From: Campylobacterales bacterium
GTDB taxonomy: Bacteria; Campylobacterota; Campylobacteria; Campylobacterales; UBA6016
Length of the DNA stretch: 64,000 nt
Reading direction: 5' to 3'
NCBI GenBank assembly: GCA_050252455.1
Contig: JBFWKW010000001.1
Location: 161,151 to 225,150 of the forward strand
Shown here: positions 9,396 to 17,934 of the stretch, piece after piece
Layout: each line of letters begins with the position of its first letter
Position numbering within the stretch: the first letter of the stretch is position 1
Notes under the pieces: generated by a model
The model's input: the letters and a program-made list of their open reading frames with translations, nothing else
Told to the model about the DNA's origin: nothing
The model's database searches: none
Program-made: the position numbers and the translations under genes

Positions 9396-10467
9396 TTTTA
9401 GCCTCAATGTTGACACTCTAAAATGTCTCAGACAAGATTATGCCCACAATGAATGCAATATATGCATAGCGGCTTGTCCGGAGAAGGCCGTGGATGTCAA
9501 AAGAGCCAAAATAGCCATATCCGAAGATATCTGTACCCTTTGCCACGCCTGTGTCGGAGTATGCCCTACGGAGGCTATAGAATCTAGCAAATTTGACTCG
9601 AATTTATTTATAGCCAAAGAGATAGCCTTTGAACAAAACGAACTAAAACAAAAGCTTATCGGCGAAAAACTGACTTTGTCTTGCAAAGAACTGGGTGTGT
9701 GCCTTTCGGTATTTTCGTCTGAACACTTAATCACCCTTGCAATCAAAAGCTCAAGGATAATAGCGATAGATGTGAGCCCTTGCGCTGAATGCGACTTGAA
9801 CAAACAAGGAAAACTAAAGTCAATCATCGATACTAATATCAATGAGTCCACTAGCTTTTTGGATGAATTTGCAGATAAAAAAATAGAAATAAATACGCAA
9901 AAAAAGGTCGATAGAAGAGATTTTTTTAAAACTATATTCAAACGCACCGCAAACGTCGTAGATGAGATAAAAGAAGAGGGGCAAAGTAGGCCAAAAACAA
10001 AACTCCCGCTAAAAAGGATTTTGCTTAAAAATACCGTTAAGGATATCTTGGAGGAGAGCAATAGATTTGTCTTTGCAAACTATTCTTTTAGCGTCACAAA
10101 AACAATCAACAAAGCCTGTACAAACTGCAAAAGCTGCGTGGAGTTTTGTCCCACAAATGCGCTTTTTTATTCAAACGATTTTTCAAAAATATACTTTCAA
10201 AGCGGAAAATGCACGGATTGCGCCATATGCAACGATATATGTGAAGTAAATGCATTTGAAGACGGCTTTGAGCACGATATGGCAATGTTTGCTTTCGATA
10301 AGGCAAAAATAGCAATAGAACATGACCTAAAAGTATGTAAATCATGCAAAATGGCATTTGCGTCCAAAGAAGGCGAGGAGGAGTGTCCAAACTGCGTAGC
10401 GTATCAAAAAGATTTTGCACATATGTTTATGACCGCTGAAGAGCTAGAGGCAATGGGAAGAGGGTAG
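9388..10467 (+). CDS. multi-cluster 4Fe-4S ferredoxin-domain protein with C-terminal zinc ribbon
   Basis: CNICIAACP, CTLCHACVGVCP, CTNCKSCVEFCP, CTDCAICNDIC, then CKSC...CPNC. Overlaps the chaperone gene by 8 nt. Confidence 0.8.
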   Translation: MSDFSLNVDTLKCLRQDYAHNECNICIAACPEKAVDVKRAKIAISEDICTLCHACVGVCPTEAIESSKFDSNLFIAKEIAFEQNELKQKLIGEKLTLSCKELGVCLSVFSSEHLITLAIKSSRIIAIDVSPCAECDLNKQGKLKSIIDTNINESTSFLDEFADKKIEINTQKKVDRRDFFKTIFKRTANVVDEIKEEGQSRPKTKLPLKRILLKNTVKDILEESNRFVFANYSFSVTKTINKACTNCKSCVEFCPTNALFYSNDFSKIYFQSGKCTDCAICNDICEVNAFEDGFEHDMAMFAFDKAKIAIEHDLKVCKSCKMAFASKEGEEECPNCVAYQKDFAHMFMTAEELEAMGRG

Positions 10468-10480
10468 AAGCCCTCTACCC
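10462..10480 (+). terminator. stem-loop at the end of the molybdoenzyme operon
   Basis: GGGTAGA-agccc-TCTACCC spanning the stop codon. 7-bp stem with a weak T-run downstream. Confidence 0.4.
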
Positions 10481-10571
10481 TAAATAATTCTCAAATTTTC
10501 GGCAAAGCCCAAAATTAGGCCTTCAGCAGGCGGCTCTCGCGACTAGTCGCTCTTATAGAACTTCTGAGTAT

Positions 10572-10961
10572 TTAAGAGGTTTTAGAAAACTTATCGGAGT
10601 CTATCTCTATTACCGTGTGGACATTCCCGCGCGGCTCAAAATCAAAAGTGAGTTTCATCCATTTTGGAGCAAGTTTGGAGTAAAGGGTATCAAACACTTC
10701 ATTGGCTACATTTTCGTGCGAAATATGCCTATTTCTGAACGAATTAACGTATAGTTTAATAGCTTTTAATTCTACTACCCACTTATCCGGAGTATATTCG
10801 AGATATATTGTCCCAAAATCTGGATAACCGCTCCTAGGGCACAAGGCGGTAAACTCCGGCAGAGTAATTTTGATTACATAGTTTTTTGAATGCTCGTTGG
10901 GCCAAATTTCAAGGTCTTTTGAGACGTCAAACTCGGCTACTATCTTCTCTCCGTACTTCAC
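10572..10961 (-). CDS. queF: NADPH-dependent 7-cyano-7-deazaguanine reductase
   Basis: 129 aa. LPEFTALCPRSGYPDFG catalytic-Cys block and HISHE motif of type I QueF. GTG start shares 1 nt with the gyrB stop. Confidence 0.9.
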   Translation of the reverse strand: MKYGEKIVAEFDVSKDLEIWPNEHSKNYVIKITLPEFTALCPRSGYPDFGTIYLEYTPDKWVVELKAIKLYVNSFRNRHISHENVANEVFDTLYSKLAPKWMKLTFDFEPRGNVHTVIEIDSDKFSKTS

Positions 10962-13273
10962 TATACGTCCAAGTGTTTAACGTCTTTTGCGTGTTCTTCG
11001 ATATATTTTCGTCTAGGCTCGACTTCATCGCCCATAAACAGCGTAAATATACCGTCTGCATCGCTGATATTCTCGACCATTACTTTTACGAGTCTCCTGT
11101 TTTGTGGATTCATCGTAGTCTCCCAAAGCTGCTCGGGGTTCATCTCACCGAGACCTTTATATCTTTGGATATATGCCCCTTTTTTAGCTGCGTCTTCAAC
11201 CGCCGAGAGTACCTCAAACACATCTTTGCCGCCAAGGAGTGCGAGATTTTTCTCTTTTAGCTTGTTGTATATGTGTATCGCCTCTGCAAACAAGTGGTTT
11301 GTGAAGAGGTTATCGTCTATTATAATCTCCTCAAGACCTGCCGCCGTTTGGACAAATAGATGTATTTTTTCTTCATCTAGCGTTTTAGAGAGGATATTAA
11401 ACCCTATCTTTTTGATGTAGGCGTCAATGTCGGCAAAAAGAGCGTCGTTGTCAAGCGCCAAAAGCTCCTCATTTTCGATAAGTCTTTTAACGACCTCTAC
11501 AAGTGAGTAACGTTTTTTGAGCTCTTCTAGTATGTTTTTGTAATACGCCGTGACTCTTAGTATCTCTTTTATATCTTTATAGTCTTTTTCGTCGGCGCCT
11601 AGCGATTCAATGCCGTTTTCAATAAGAAAATCGCTAAGGGCGTTTGAGTCTTTGAGATATATCTCTTTTTTCCCTTTTTTGTATCTATAAAGCGGCGGTT
11701 GGGCTATATATACGTTTCCGTTGTGTATTAGCGGATTTAGGAAACGATAGAAGAACGTTAGAAGAAGCGTTTGAATATGGCTTCCGTCAACGTCGGCATC
11801 CGTCATAATGATTAGTTTGCCGTATCTTAGCTTCTCGGGGTCAAATTCATCGCCGATACCACAACCAAGAGCGGTAATGATATTTTTGATTTCATCCGAC
11901 TTTAGGATTTTCTCTAGTCCCGATTTTTCAACGTTTAGGATTTTTCCTTTTAGAGGGAGTATTGCCTGAAATACCCTGTTTCTGCCTTGCTTCGCACTTC
12001 CCCCCGCAGAGTCGCCCTCCACCAGATATAGCTCGGTAATAGCCGAATCTTTGCTTTGACAATCTGCAAGCTTGCCCGGAAGAGTTCCAACAGTCATCGA
12101 CTCTTTTTTACGGGTCAAATCCCTGGCTTTTTTGGCAGCTTCTCTACCTTTTGCGGCAAGAAGAGCTTTATTCATAATAGCTCTAGCTTCTATCGGATTT
12201 TCTTCAAAGTACTTAACTAGTTTTTCATATGCTAGTTTTTGTACAAGCGGACGAACATACGAGCTTCCCAGTTTACCTTTTGTTTGACCTTCAAACTGCG
12301 GCTCAGGGACGCGGACGGAGATTATCGCAACAAGACCCTCTCTGATGTCGTCACCCGTAACTTTTGTATCTTTTTCTCTGGCGTTTGCATTTGCCTCGAC
12401 ATATGCGGTAATTGCTCTTGTCAGACCCGCTCTAAAGCCGCTTTCGTGCGTACCGCCGTCGCCTGTTTTGATGTTATTGACGAAACTTAGTACTTTCTCA
12501 TCATAACTTTCGTTATAAAGTAGTGCGATATCGGCCTCTATATCTTCTAGCTTATCGCTAAAAGAGACTACTTTCGTTAGTGCCGTTCTTGTGCTTATAT
12601 CTTCGACAAATTGCGCGATACCGCCTTCAAATTTATAAACCTCTTTTACGCCGCTTCTTTCATCGGTTAATGTAATCGAGATTCTAGGATTTAGGTATGC
12701 AAGTTCTTTAAATCTTTTTGCAAGTATCTCAAATTGAAAATCTACGGTTTCAAATATTGTGCCATCAGGCCAAAACTCTACAATCGTACCGTTTTTCTTT
12801 GTGTCGCCGGTAATTTCAAGAACGTTTTGAGGGATACCTTTCTCAAAATCTTGCTCGTGAATTTTGCCGTTTTTGTGGATAGTAACATGTAGTTTTGTCG
12901 AAAGAGCATTAACTACCGAAATACCGACTCCGTGGAGACCGCCGGAAACTTTGTATGTATCTTTGTCAAACTTTCCACCTGCGTGAAGCACTGTAAGAAC
13001 AACGGTTGCCGCAGATATTCCCTCTGTCGGATGAATGTCTACCGGAATACCCCTACCGTTATCTTTTACGATTGCAGAGCCTGATTTTGTTAGCGTAACC
13101 TCGATAGTATCGCAGTATCCTGCCATAGATTCGTCGATGGAGTTGTCAACCGCTTCGTAAATAAGATGATGAAGACCGCCGATGCTGGTGTCGCCTATAT
13201 ACATACCCGGTCTTTTTCTGACCGCTTCCAAACCTTTTAAAACTTTAATATTACCGGCGCCGTATTCGCTCAT
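10961..13273 (-). CDS. gyrB: DNA gyrase subunit B
   Basis: 770 aa. YGAGNIKVLKGLEAVRKRPGMYIGD, GGLHGVG, EGDSAGGSAKQGR, PLKGKILNV and other canonical GyrB blocks. Confidence 0.97.
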   Translation of the reverse strand: MSEYGAGNIKVLKGLEAVRKRPGMYIGDTSIGGLHHLIYEAVDNSIDESMAGYCDTIEVTLTKSGSAIVKDNGRGIPVDIHPTEGISAATVVLTVLHAGGKFDKDTYKVSGGLHGVGISVVNALSTKLHVTIHKNGKIHEQDFEKGIPQNVLEITGDTKKNGTIVEFWPDGTIFETVDFQFEILAKRFKELAYLNPRISITLTDERSGVKEVYKFEGGIAQFVEDISTRTALTKVVSFSDKLEDIEADIALLYNESYDEKVLSFVNNIKTGDGGTHESGFRAGLTRAITAYVEANANAREKDTKVTGDDIREGLVAIISVRVPEPQFEGQTKGKLGSSYVRPLVQKLAYEKLVKYFEENPIEARAIMNKALLAAKGREAAKKARDLTRKKESMTVGTLPGKLADCQSKDSAITELYLVEGDSAGGSAKQGRNRVFQAILPLKGKILNVEKSGLEKILKSDEIKNIITALGCGIGDEFDPEKLRYGKLIIMTDADVDGSHIQTLLLTFFYRFLNPLIHNGNVYIAQPPLYRYKKGKKEIYLKDSNALSDFLIENGIESLGADEKDYKDIKEILRVTAYYKNILEELKKRYSLVEVVKRLIENEELLALDNDALFADIDAYIKKIGFNILSKTLDEEKIHLFVQTAAGLEEIIIDDNLFTNHLFAEAIHIYNKLKEKNLALLGGKDVFEVLSAVEDAAKKGAYIQRYKGLGEMNPEQLWETTMNPQNRRLVKVMVENISDADGIFTLFMGDEVEPRRKYIEEHAKDVKHLDV

Positions 13274-13318
13274 GAAACCTCTTTTACTACTTTGTTGCTA
13301 TTGTGTTTTGGTTATTAA

Positions 13319-14386
13319 TTATAAAAATATAGGCATTACTATAGTTATAAAATTGTCGCTTTTTAGTTCAAACGGCATATTCGGCTCGTTAAATCCTGCC
13401 GTAAACTCTTTTGAATCAATGCTAGATAGAAAATCAAGTATAAATCTTGAGTTAAAAGCTATTTGATATTCGCTTTCTACACTAGAGACAAATTCAACTT
13501 CCGTTTTTGCCTCCATATTTTCCTCAGACAAGCTTTCAAATATAATTTTATCTCTCATAAAAGTCATTTTTATCTCGTTTGAGATATTGCTTATTTGTTT
13601 GATAGCTTCGATGATTTTATCTTTTTGAAGAGTTTGAACGTATTTTAGTTCTTTTGGCAAAATCCTGTGATAATCAGGGAATTTTCCGTTAATTAGTTTT
13701 GTAAAGAACAAATATTGTTTTGTTTTGATAACTAGGTAGTTTTGGCTATAGAACATCTCTACGTCATCAAAAAATAGTTTTCCTATCTCTTGAATAGCTT
13801 TTTTAGGAATGATGATAGATAGCTCTTCTTTGTTTTGCTCGTCTAGTTGAACTATGGCTAGTCTTTTTGTATCGGTAGATACTATGTTTACGCCGCCTGT
13901 TTTTATGTCAAGTAGTGCGCCGTTTAGTTCGTATTTAGGATTATTGTTATCTATCGCAGGAGTGATTTTTTTGAATGCGCCTATTAATTTTACGGAGTTA
14001 AGACCAATTTTTGGAAGATGCTCATATTCAGGAAATTTAGGAAACTCTTTTGCATCAAATGTAGGCATTTTGAGCTTAGAGCCTTTTTGTTTTACGGTTA
14101 TGTTATTTTCGGAGTACTCTACAGTTATTTCTTCATCTTTTAGATTTCTTACATAATCGGCTATTTTTTTGCCGTTAGCAGTAGCAAATCCTTCTTCAAT
14201 TATATTTACATCTTCGTTTGTTATCTTAAGACCGATTTCATTATCGGTTCCTCTAAGAGTTAGTACTCCATCTTTTGCTTCTATGTAAACATGAGATGTT
14301 ATTTGGCTGTTATCTTTTTTTTCGATAAAAGGGATGATATTTGAGAGCATCTGCTCAAAGATCGTTTTGTTAACCGTAATTTTCAT
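13319..14386 (-). CDS. dnaN: DNA polymerase III beta sliding clamp
   Basis: Position between dnaA and gyrB, about 355 aa, three-domain clamp-like pattern. ATG 14386 lies 5 nt after AAGGAG; the track GTG at 14392 abuts the RBS. Confidence 0.93.
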   Translation of the reverse strand: MKITVNKTIFEQMLSNIIPFIEKKDNSQITSHVYIEAKDGVLTLRGTDNEIGLKITNEDVNIIEEGFATANGKKIADYVRNLKDEEITVEYSENNITVKQKGSKLKMPTFDAKEFPKFPEYEHLPKIGLNSVKLIGAFKKITPAIDNNNPKYELNGALLDIKTGGVNIVSTDTKRLAIVQLDEQNKEELSIIIPKKAIQEIGKLFFDDVEMFYSQNYLVIKTKQYLFFTKLINGKFPDYHRILPKELKYVQTLQKDKIIEAIKQISNISNEIKMTFMRDKIIFESLSEENMEAKTEVEFVSSVESEYQIAFNSRFILDFLSSIDSKEFTAGFNEPNMPFELKSDNFITIVMPIFL

Positions 14387-14522
14387 CTTCACTCCTTCTT
14401 ATTATTAAGAAATTTTAGTAGTAGTATTAGTATGGCGTGTTTAAGTGAAAAACTTTTGTCAGCGCCGTCTTATAAAGCCTAAAAACAATTTGTTTATTAT
14501 CCTTATTTTTCACTTAATTCAC
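14387..14522. promoter_or_regulatory. dnaA-dnaN intergenic DnaA-box-like cluster plus AT-rich tract
   Basis: TTCAC-core 9-mers: AGTGAAAAA (14444-14452, minus orientation), TTTTTCACT (14506-14514), TAATTCACT (14515-14523). AT-rich run at 14400-14435. Confidence 0.45.
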
Positions 14523-15851
14523 TTAAACTTCGTTTTTAATCTTTATTTTGTTTTTTAACTCTTCCAATTTTACTTCAAAATCTCTATCGTTTTTGATAGT
14601 TTCGTTGATTTTTTTGATAGAGTGGCTAACTGCCGTATGGTCTTTCATCCCAAAATAAGTTGCGATAATAGGCATTGAGTTTGGCGTTAGATTTCTAGCC
14701 AAATAAATAACTATTCTTCTTGCGTTTACTATTGACGTACTTCTTGATTTTGAGCGGATTTCGCTAGGCTTGATATTTAGCTCTTTTGACACTATCTCTA
14801 CGATATGGTCTATCGTAATATTTTCCCTTGTCTCTCTGAGCTGGTCTTTTAGGACATTTTTTGCAAATTCAAGGCTAATTTCTTGCCCCATCATCTTGGC
14901 AAATGCGTTTAGTTTGATGATAACACCCTCTATCTCTCTGATACTCTCACCGAGCGTTGCCGCTATATAGCCTACTACTTCGGAGTTTAGGTGTATACCG
15001 TTTAGCTCACATTTTTTGTTTACGATAGCTATTTTGGTCTCAAGCTCAGGCGGTGCGATGTCGGCGATAAGTCCCGATTCAAAGCGACTTTTTAGTCTCG
15101 CCTCAAGGCCTCCTATTTGTTTTGGATGTTTGTCCGAGGTCATTACTATCTGTTTGCCGTTTGATTGCAGTTCGTTGAAGGTGTGAAAAAACTCCTCTTG
15201 AGTCCCCTCTTTGTTGGACAAAAACTGTACATCGTCTATAAGCAGGGCATCGCAATTTCTATATTTTTCACGAAATCTATCCATCGTTTGGTTGCGCAAA
15301 TGCGATGTAAAATCGTTCATAAACTGCTCAATCGTGGCGTATATGACATTTTTACCATCACTCGTGATTTTGTTGCCGATGGCTTGCAAAAGGTGCGTTT
15401 TGCCCAGTCCCACACCACCGTAGATAAAAAGAGGATTGTATAGTTTGCCCGGTTTTTCGGCTACGGATATTGCCGCCGTGTGGGCAAATTTGTTGGAGGA
15501 GCCTACGACAAAACTATCAAAAGTCCATGAGGGATTAAGTATGGTGCTTTTACTTTTTTGAGAGATGGATATCGCATTGTCAAATTTTGCCGCCTCTTTT
15601 TTACTTTTTTTTGCGGCGCCGACGGCTACTTTGACCTCGGGCTTGATGCCTGTTTGGAGTTCAAAAAGGTGTGCTATTTTTGGACCGTATTTTGATTCTA
15701 CCCACTTAGCTACAAAAGGATTTGCAGCTTTGAGAATTACAAGGTCTGATTTGGATGCGTCCTCGTCAAATACGAGGCCTACCAAATAGTTTTCGTATTC
15801 GACCTCGGAGAGTTCCGCTTTAAGAAGTTTTCGGATAGTATCAAAAATCAT
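14523..15851 (-). CDS. dnaA: chromosomal replication initiator DnaA
   Basis: 442 aa. Walker A GGVGLGKTHLLQAIG, LLIDDVQFL, and C-terminal DNA-binding block HTAVSHSIKKI. Confidence 0.97.
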   Translation of the reverse strand: MIFDTIRKLLKAELSEVEYENYLVGLVFDEDASKSDLVILKAANPFVAKWVESKYGPKIAHLFELQTGIKPEVKVAVGAAKKSKKEAAKFDNAISISQKSKSTILNPSWTFDSFVVGSSNKFAHTAAISVAEKPGKLYNPLFIYGGVGLGKTHLLQAIGNKITSDGKNVIYATIEQFMNDFTSHLRNQTMDRFREKYRNCDALLIDDVQFLSNKEGTQEEFFHTFNELQSNGKQIVMTSDKHPKQIGGLEARLKSRFESGLIADIAPPELETKIAIVNKKCELNGIHLNSEVVGYIAATLGESIREIEGVIIKLNAFAKMMGQEISLEFAKNVLKDQLRETRENITIDHIVEIVSKELNIKPSEIRSKSRSTSIVNARRIVIYLARNLTPNSMPIIATYFGMKDHTAVSHSIKKINETIKNDRDFEVKLEELKNKIKIKNEV

Positions 15852-16086
15852 TAAGAGCCCTGTGAATAACGGTGTTAAAACTGTTTTCGATTGTAGCTGA
15901 AAATAGATGAAAGCATGCCTAAACGAGCAAAGCCCGTCTAGGCTACGCTAGCCGCTGTGGCACTAAAGCTAGCCACATTTGCGGCAGAAGAAGATTTTGA
16001 AATAAATATATCAAACTTTTCACATGTATGAGTTATTCACACCCGTGAAACATTATGTGAATAAAATGCGTTTTTAGGATGGAATT
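15852..16086. promoter_or_regulatory. candidate oriC: DnaA-box cluster between divergent dnaA and ruvC
   Basis: Three perfect TTATTCACA boxes (15861-15869 rc, 16033-16041, 16056-16064 rc) plus CTTTTCACA (16016-16024) and TGTTTCACG (16044-16052 rc). Gene orientation switches here. Confidence 0.6.
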
Positions 16087-16566
16087 TTGCTTATTTTGGG
16101 AATAGACCCCGGTACCATCAACTGCGGCTACTCTATTTTGAGGTTTGAAAAAAACAAAATTTCGCTTGTCGAGGCGGGACTGATAAAAATCAGATCAAGA
16201 GAGCTGCAACACCAAATAGCCGAGCTTGTCGAGGGGATTGATACGGTGTTAAAAGGCAGACAAATCGACGAGGTTGCGATAGAGGATATGTTCTACGCAC
16301 ACAATCCAAAAACGGTTATCAAGCTGGCGCAGTTTCGAGGTGCCTTGGCTTTAAAAATCATTCAAGAGATAGGCAATTTCTACGAGTACACGCCTTTGCA
16401 GGTCAAAAAAGCGCTCACCGGAAAGGCAAAGGCGGCAAAAGAGCAAGTGGCATACATGGTGAAGATGCTTTTGGGGCTTAAAGAGGAGATAAAACCGCTA
16501 GACATTACGGACGCAATAGCGGTGGCGATTACACATTCGCAGAGAGTTGGACTGAGGAGGAAATAG
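16087..16566 (+). CDS. ruvC: crossover junction endodeoxyribonuclease RuvC
   Basis: TTG start. [16 protein letters not shown] catalytic-Asp N-terminus. 159 aa. Confidence 0.9.
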   Translation: MLILGIDPGTINCGYSILRFEKNKISLVEAGLIKIRSRELQHQIAELVEGIDTVLKGRQIDEVAIEDMFYAHNPKTVIKLAQFRGALALKIIQEIGNFYEYTPLQVKKALTGKAKAAKEQVAYMVKMLLGLKEEIKPLDITDAIAVAITHSQRVGLRRK

Positions 16567-17934
16567 ATGAACATAAAAATTTTATATCCGAGCGGCGATG
16601 AGTTCAAGCCGACCAATATTGCAGTATCGGCGGCAAGAACTTGCTATTTTGCTGGCGGACTCGTGGAGCCTCTTAAGAGTGAAGGGTGGGCGGCAAAAGA
16701 AAATCTCCTCTCTTCCATCTTTGAGGCGGGACATCATACTACGCTCCAACATGCGCATTTTACGATACTAATCGACGGAATGAGCCGCCATCTTATCTGG
16801 AGGCTTCTCCACTCTCACCCGTACTACAACTCAGAGCAGATAAGCCAGCGATACGCCAAGATGAAAGCCGAAAACTTCGTATATCCACAGGGGGGCGATA
16901 AAGAAGCGTGGGGCGCTTACTATGCAAAAGTGTTTGAAAACTATGAGCTTCTTGTTGAAAAACTAAAAGCCAAATTTGAAGAGATTTTGCCGAAATTCAA
17001 AAAAAAAGAGGCAATCAAAAAAGCTCAGGAGTTTGCTAGGTACCTTCTGCCGCAAGGGATGGGCGCGTATCTGTACCATACTATCAATCTAACGGTTGCG
17101 CTTCGTTATATAGCTTTGGCCAAAGAGCTGCCCGAGGCGAGGGGTGAGGCGGAGGAGTTTGTGAGTAAGCTCTCAAATGCCCTCTTGGAGATAGACCCTT
17201 CCTTGGCTCCTCTCATCGAGTACGCCAAGGGCGCAAAAGCCGGTTTTGCAGAGTTTGATATGGCGGAGCTCAAAAAAGATAAGGGTGTCAAAGAGAGTGA
17301 CAGCGTCAAGATATTTGATGTGGTAAATCCTTATCCGTATGAGGTAAACGCCAACTACTCCGATGTGCTCAGGCTCTCAAATTTAAGCATTGACGGTGCG
17401 TCGCTCGGGGGCTTCACCTCATATATGAAGCTATCTCTTTCGGCAGATGCACAAAACCAAAGACACAGGCGTTCAGTCGCCGTCCGTCCGAGTCTAGAGA
17501 AGATATACAAAAAAGAGTACTACATTCCGCCGATTATCGAAAGAGACGGCGAACTACTGGCTATTTACAAAGAGGCGATCGAGGGCGCTTATGAGTTTTT
17601 TGGCTCAGAGTGCGGCAAAATCGGCTTTTGCGAGGCGGTCTATGCCTTGCCAAACGCCCATATGATAGAGATAGTGGAGAGAAGCGATATGGCGAGCTTC
17701 AATCACAAAGCGCAGATGAGGCTATGTTTTAACGCCCAAGAGGAGATATACGACATCATCTATGCTCAAGTTGCAAAGCTTAGAAAAGAGGGCGTGAGGG
17801 GCGCGGATAAATTGCTGCCGCCGTGCACTCTGAGGAGCCAAAACGGAATATTTCCGACATGTCCCGAAGGGCCTAGATTTTGCGGCGTGAAGGTATGGAA
17901 AAAAAGCTTTGAAGAGCTAAAAAGAGAGTATTGA
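16567..17934 (+). CDS. thyX: tandem-duplicated flavin-dependent thymidylate synthase (ThyX-like), 455 aa
   Basis: N half: HHTTLQHAHFTILIDGMSRHLIWRLLHSH...SEQISQRY. C half: MKLSLSADAQNQRHRRS ... NHKAQMRLCFNAQEEI. Both halves resemble the ThyX fold motifs. Confidence 0.8.
   Translation: MNIKILYPSGDEFKPTNIAVSAARTCYFAGGLVEPLKSEGWAAKENLLSSIFEAGHHTTLQHAHFTILIDGMSRHLIWRLLHSHPYYNSEQISQRYAKMKAENFVYPQGGDKEAWGAYYAKVFENYELLVEKLKAKFEEILPKFKKKEAIKKAQEFARYLLPQGMGAYLYHTINLTVALRYIALAKELPEARGEAEEFVSKLSNALLEIDPSLAPLIEYAKGAKAGFAEFDMAELKKDKGVKESDSVKIFDVVNPYPYEVNANYSDVLRLSNLSIDGASLGGFTSYMKLSLSADAQNQRHRRSVAVRPSLEKIYKKEYYIPPIIERDGELLAIYKEAIEGAYEFFGSECGKIGFCEAVYALPNAHMIEIVERSDMASFNHKAQMRLCFNAQEEIYDIIYAQVAKLRKEGVRGADKLLPPCTLRSQNGIFPTCPEGPRFCGVKVWKKSFEELKREY

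Noticed and set aside
9438-10061. 207-aa minus-strand ORF
   Set aside because: It is antisense to the ferredoxin gene, which carries four canonical CxxCxxCxxxC(P) motifs. The antisense product is S/L/F-rich with no motifs.
2282-10467. Interpretation as a perchlorate/chlorate reduction island
   Set aside because: There is no chlorite dismutase, multihaem PcrC or transposase in the window, and the rhodanese points elsewhere. It cannot be excluded without the rest of the genome.
10539-10550. Perfect 12-bp palindrome GCGACTAGTCGC downstream of queF
   Set aside because: As RNA it gives only a 4-bp stem with a 4-nt loop. It occurs once and has no flanking repeat, so it is probably a chance palindrome or weak terminator element.
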